From IMG/VR virus record IMGVR_UViG_3300028797_000101, positions 1-64,000 of that record: a DNA stretch of 64,000 nucleotides; one strand, given 5' to 3'. This document shows positions 63,622-64,000 of the stretch, one piece after another. How positions within the stretch are numbered: the first letter of the stretch is position 1; each line of letters starts with the position of its first letter. Source of the DNA: a virus. Its lineage: Duplodnaviria; Caudoviricetes. The notes beneath the pieces are model-generated. The model saw only the letters and a program-made list of their open reading frames with translations. It had not been told where the DNA came from and did no database searches. The translations under genes were made by a program, and so were the position numbers.

Positions 63622-64000
63622 ATGAGAATTTCTGTTAACAAACATACAGTGACAGCATCTCAGAGAATTGTAGCTGCAGATGAAGATAATCCATTTGAGG
63701 GAATGCAGGCAGACAAGGTCGAGGAGGACAACTTCGATACCTCTTTTGAATCTACTGAGGATGATGTAACAGATCAGTTAGACGACATATCTGATGATGT
63801 TGAAGACCTTCAGGACGCTTTATCTGATGTTCAGGAGGATGACACAAACATCGAGATAGACAACAACATCTCCGGACATTACATAGCTGAATGTGAGAGA
63901 TGTCATGGAATCTTTATTTCAGCTGTAACCGAATCTGATCAAACTGTCAAGAAAATAACCGGTGTGTGTCCTCTGTGTGACAGAGAGACAGATCAGTATT
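63622..64000 (+). CDS. Acidic Zn-ribbon protein with tag-like leader (3' truncated)
   Basis: MRISVNKHTVTASQRIVAADED...CERC...CPLC; open to window end; ACCTT motif upstream. Confidence 0.7.
   Translation, partial: MRISVNKHTVTASQRIVAADEDNPFEGMQADKVEEDNFDTSFESTEDDVTDQLDDISDDVEDLQDALSDVQEDDTNIEIDNNISGHYIAECERCHGIFISAVTESDQTVKKITGVCPLCDRETDQY

Noticed and set aside
1-64000. Stop-codon reassignment (alternative genetic code)
   Set aside because: Core genes are full length in code 11, and TAA, TAG and TGA all end genes directly before the next SD/start

Overview
A 64-kb segment of a large, AT-rich tailed phage genome with T4-type head and contractile-tail genes. The host is most likely a Gram-positive Firmicute (inferred from amidase/CHAP/LysM/SPOR lysins, strong SD sequences and a sigmaA promoter). 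Nearly all genes are on the + strand in standard code 11. It holds adhesin/fibre genes (1-8.3 kb), an array of small genes sharing an N-terminal MK[KR]Y[IV]x[AS][AS] motif (9-21 kb), a lone tail-tube gene flanked by two endonuclease/DNA-modification fusions, and a tape-measure/baseplate module (24-44 kb). These are followed by prohead protease-scaffold, major capsid and neck genes (44-50 kb), an RpoZ-like gene, a TnpB-only IS200/605 element, a multidomain endolysin, a SNF2 helicase, RecU and an HD protein. The main finding is a putative capsid-targeting and maturation system. About 19 otherwise mostly unrelated proteins carry a short N-terminal tag ending in [IV]-x-[AS]-[ASG], the same motif that is reiterated in the capsid-protein leader and the scaffold, analogous to the T4 internal-protein CTS but Ala/Ser-specific. 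The tagged-gene array shows DNA scars of slot-wise gene acquisition. Two related phage-specific promoter motifs (ACCTTnTATA vs TCGTTAT) separate virion from non-virion operons. All family assignments are from motif recognition by eye; no searches were run.
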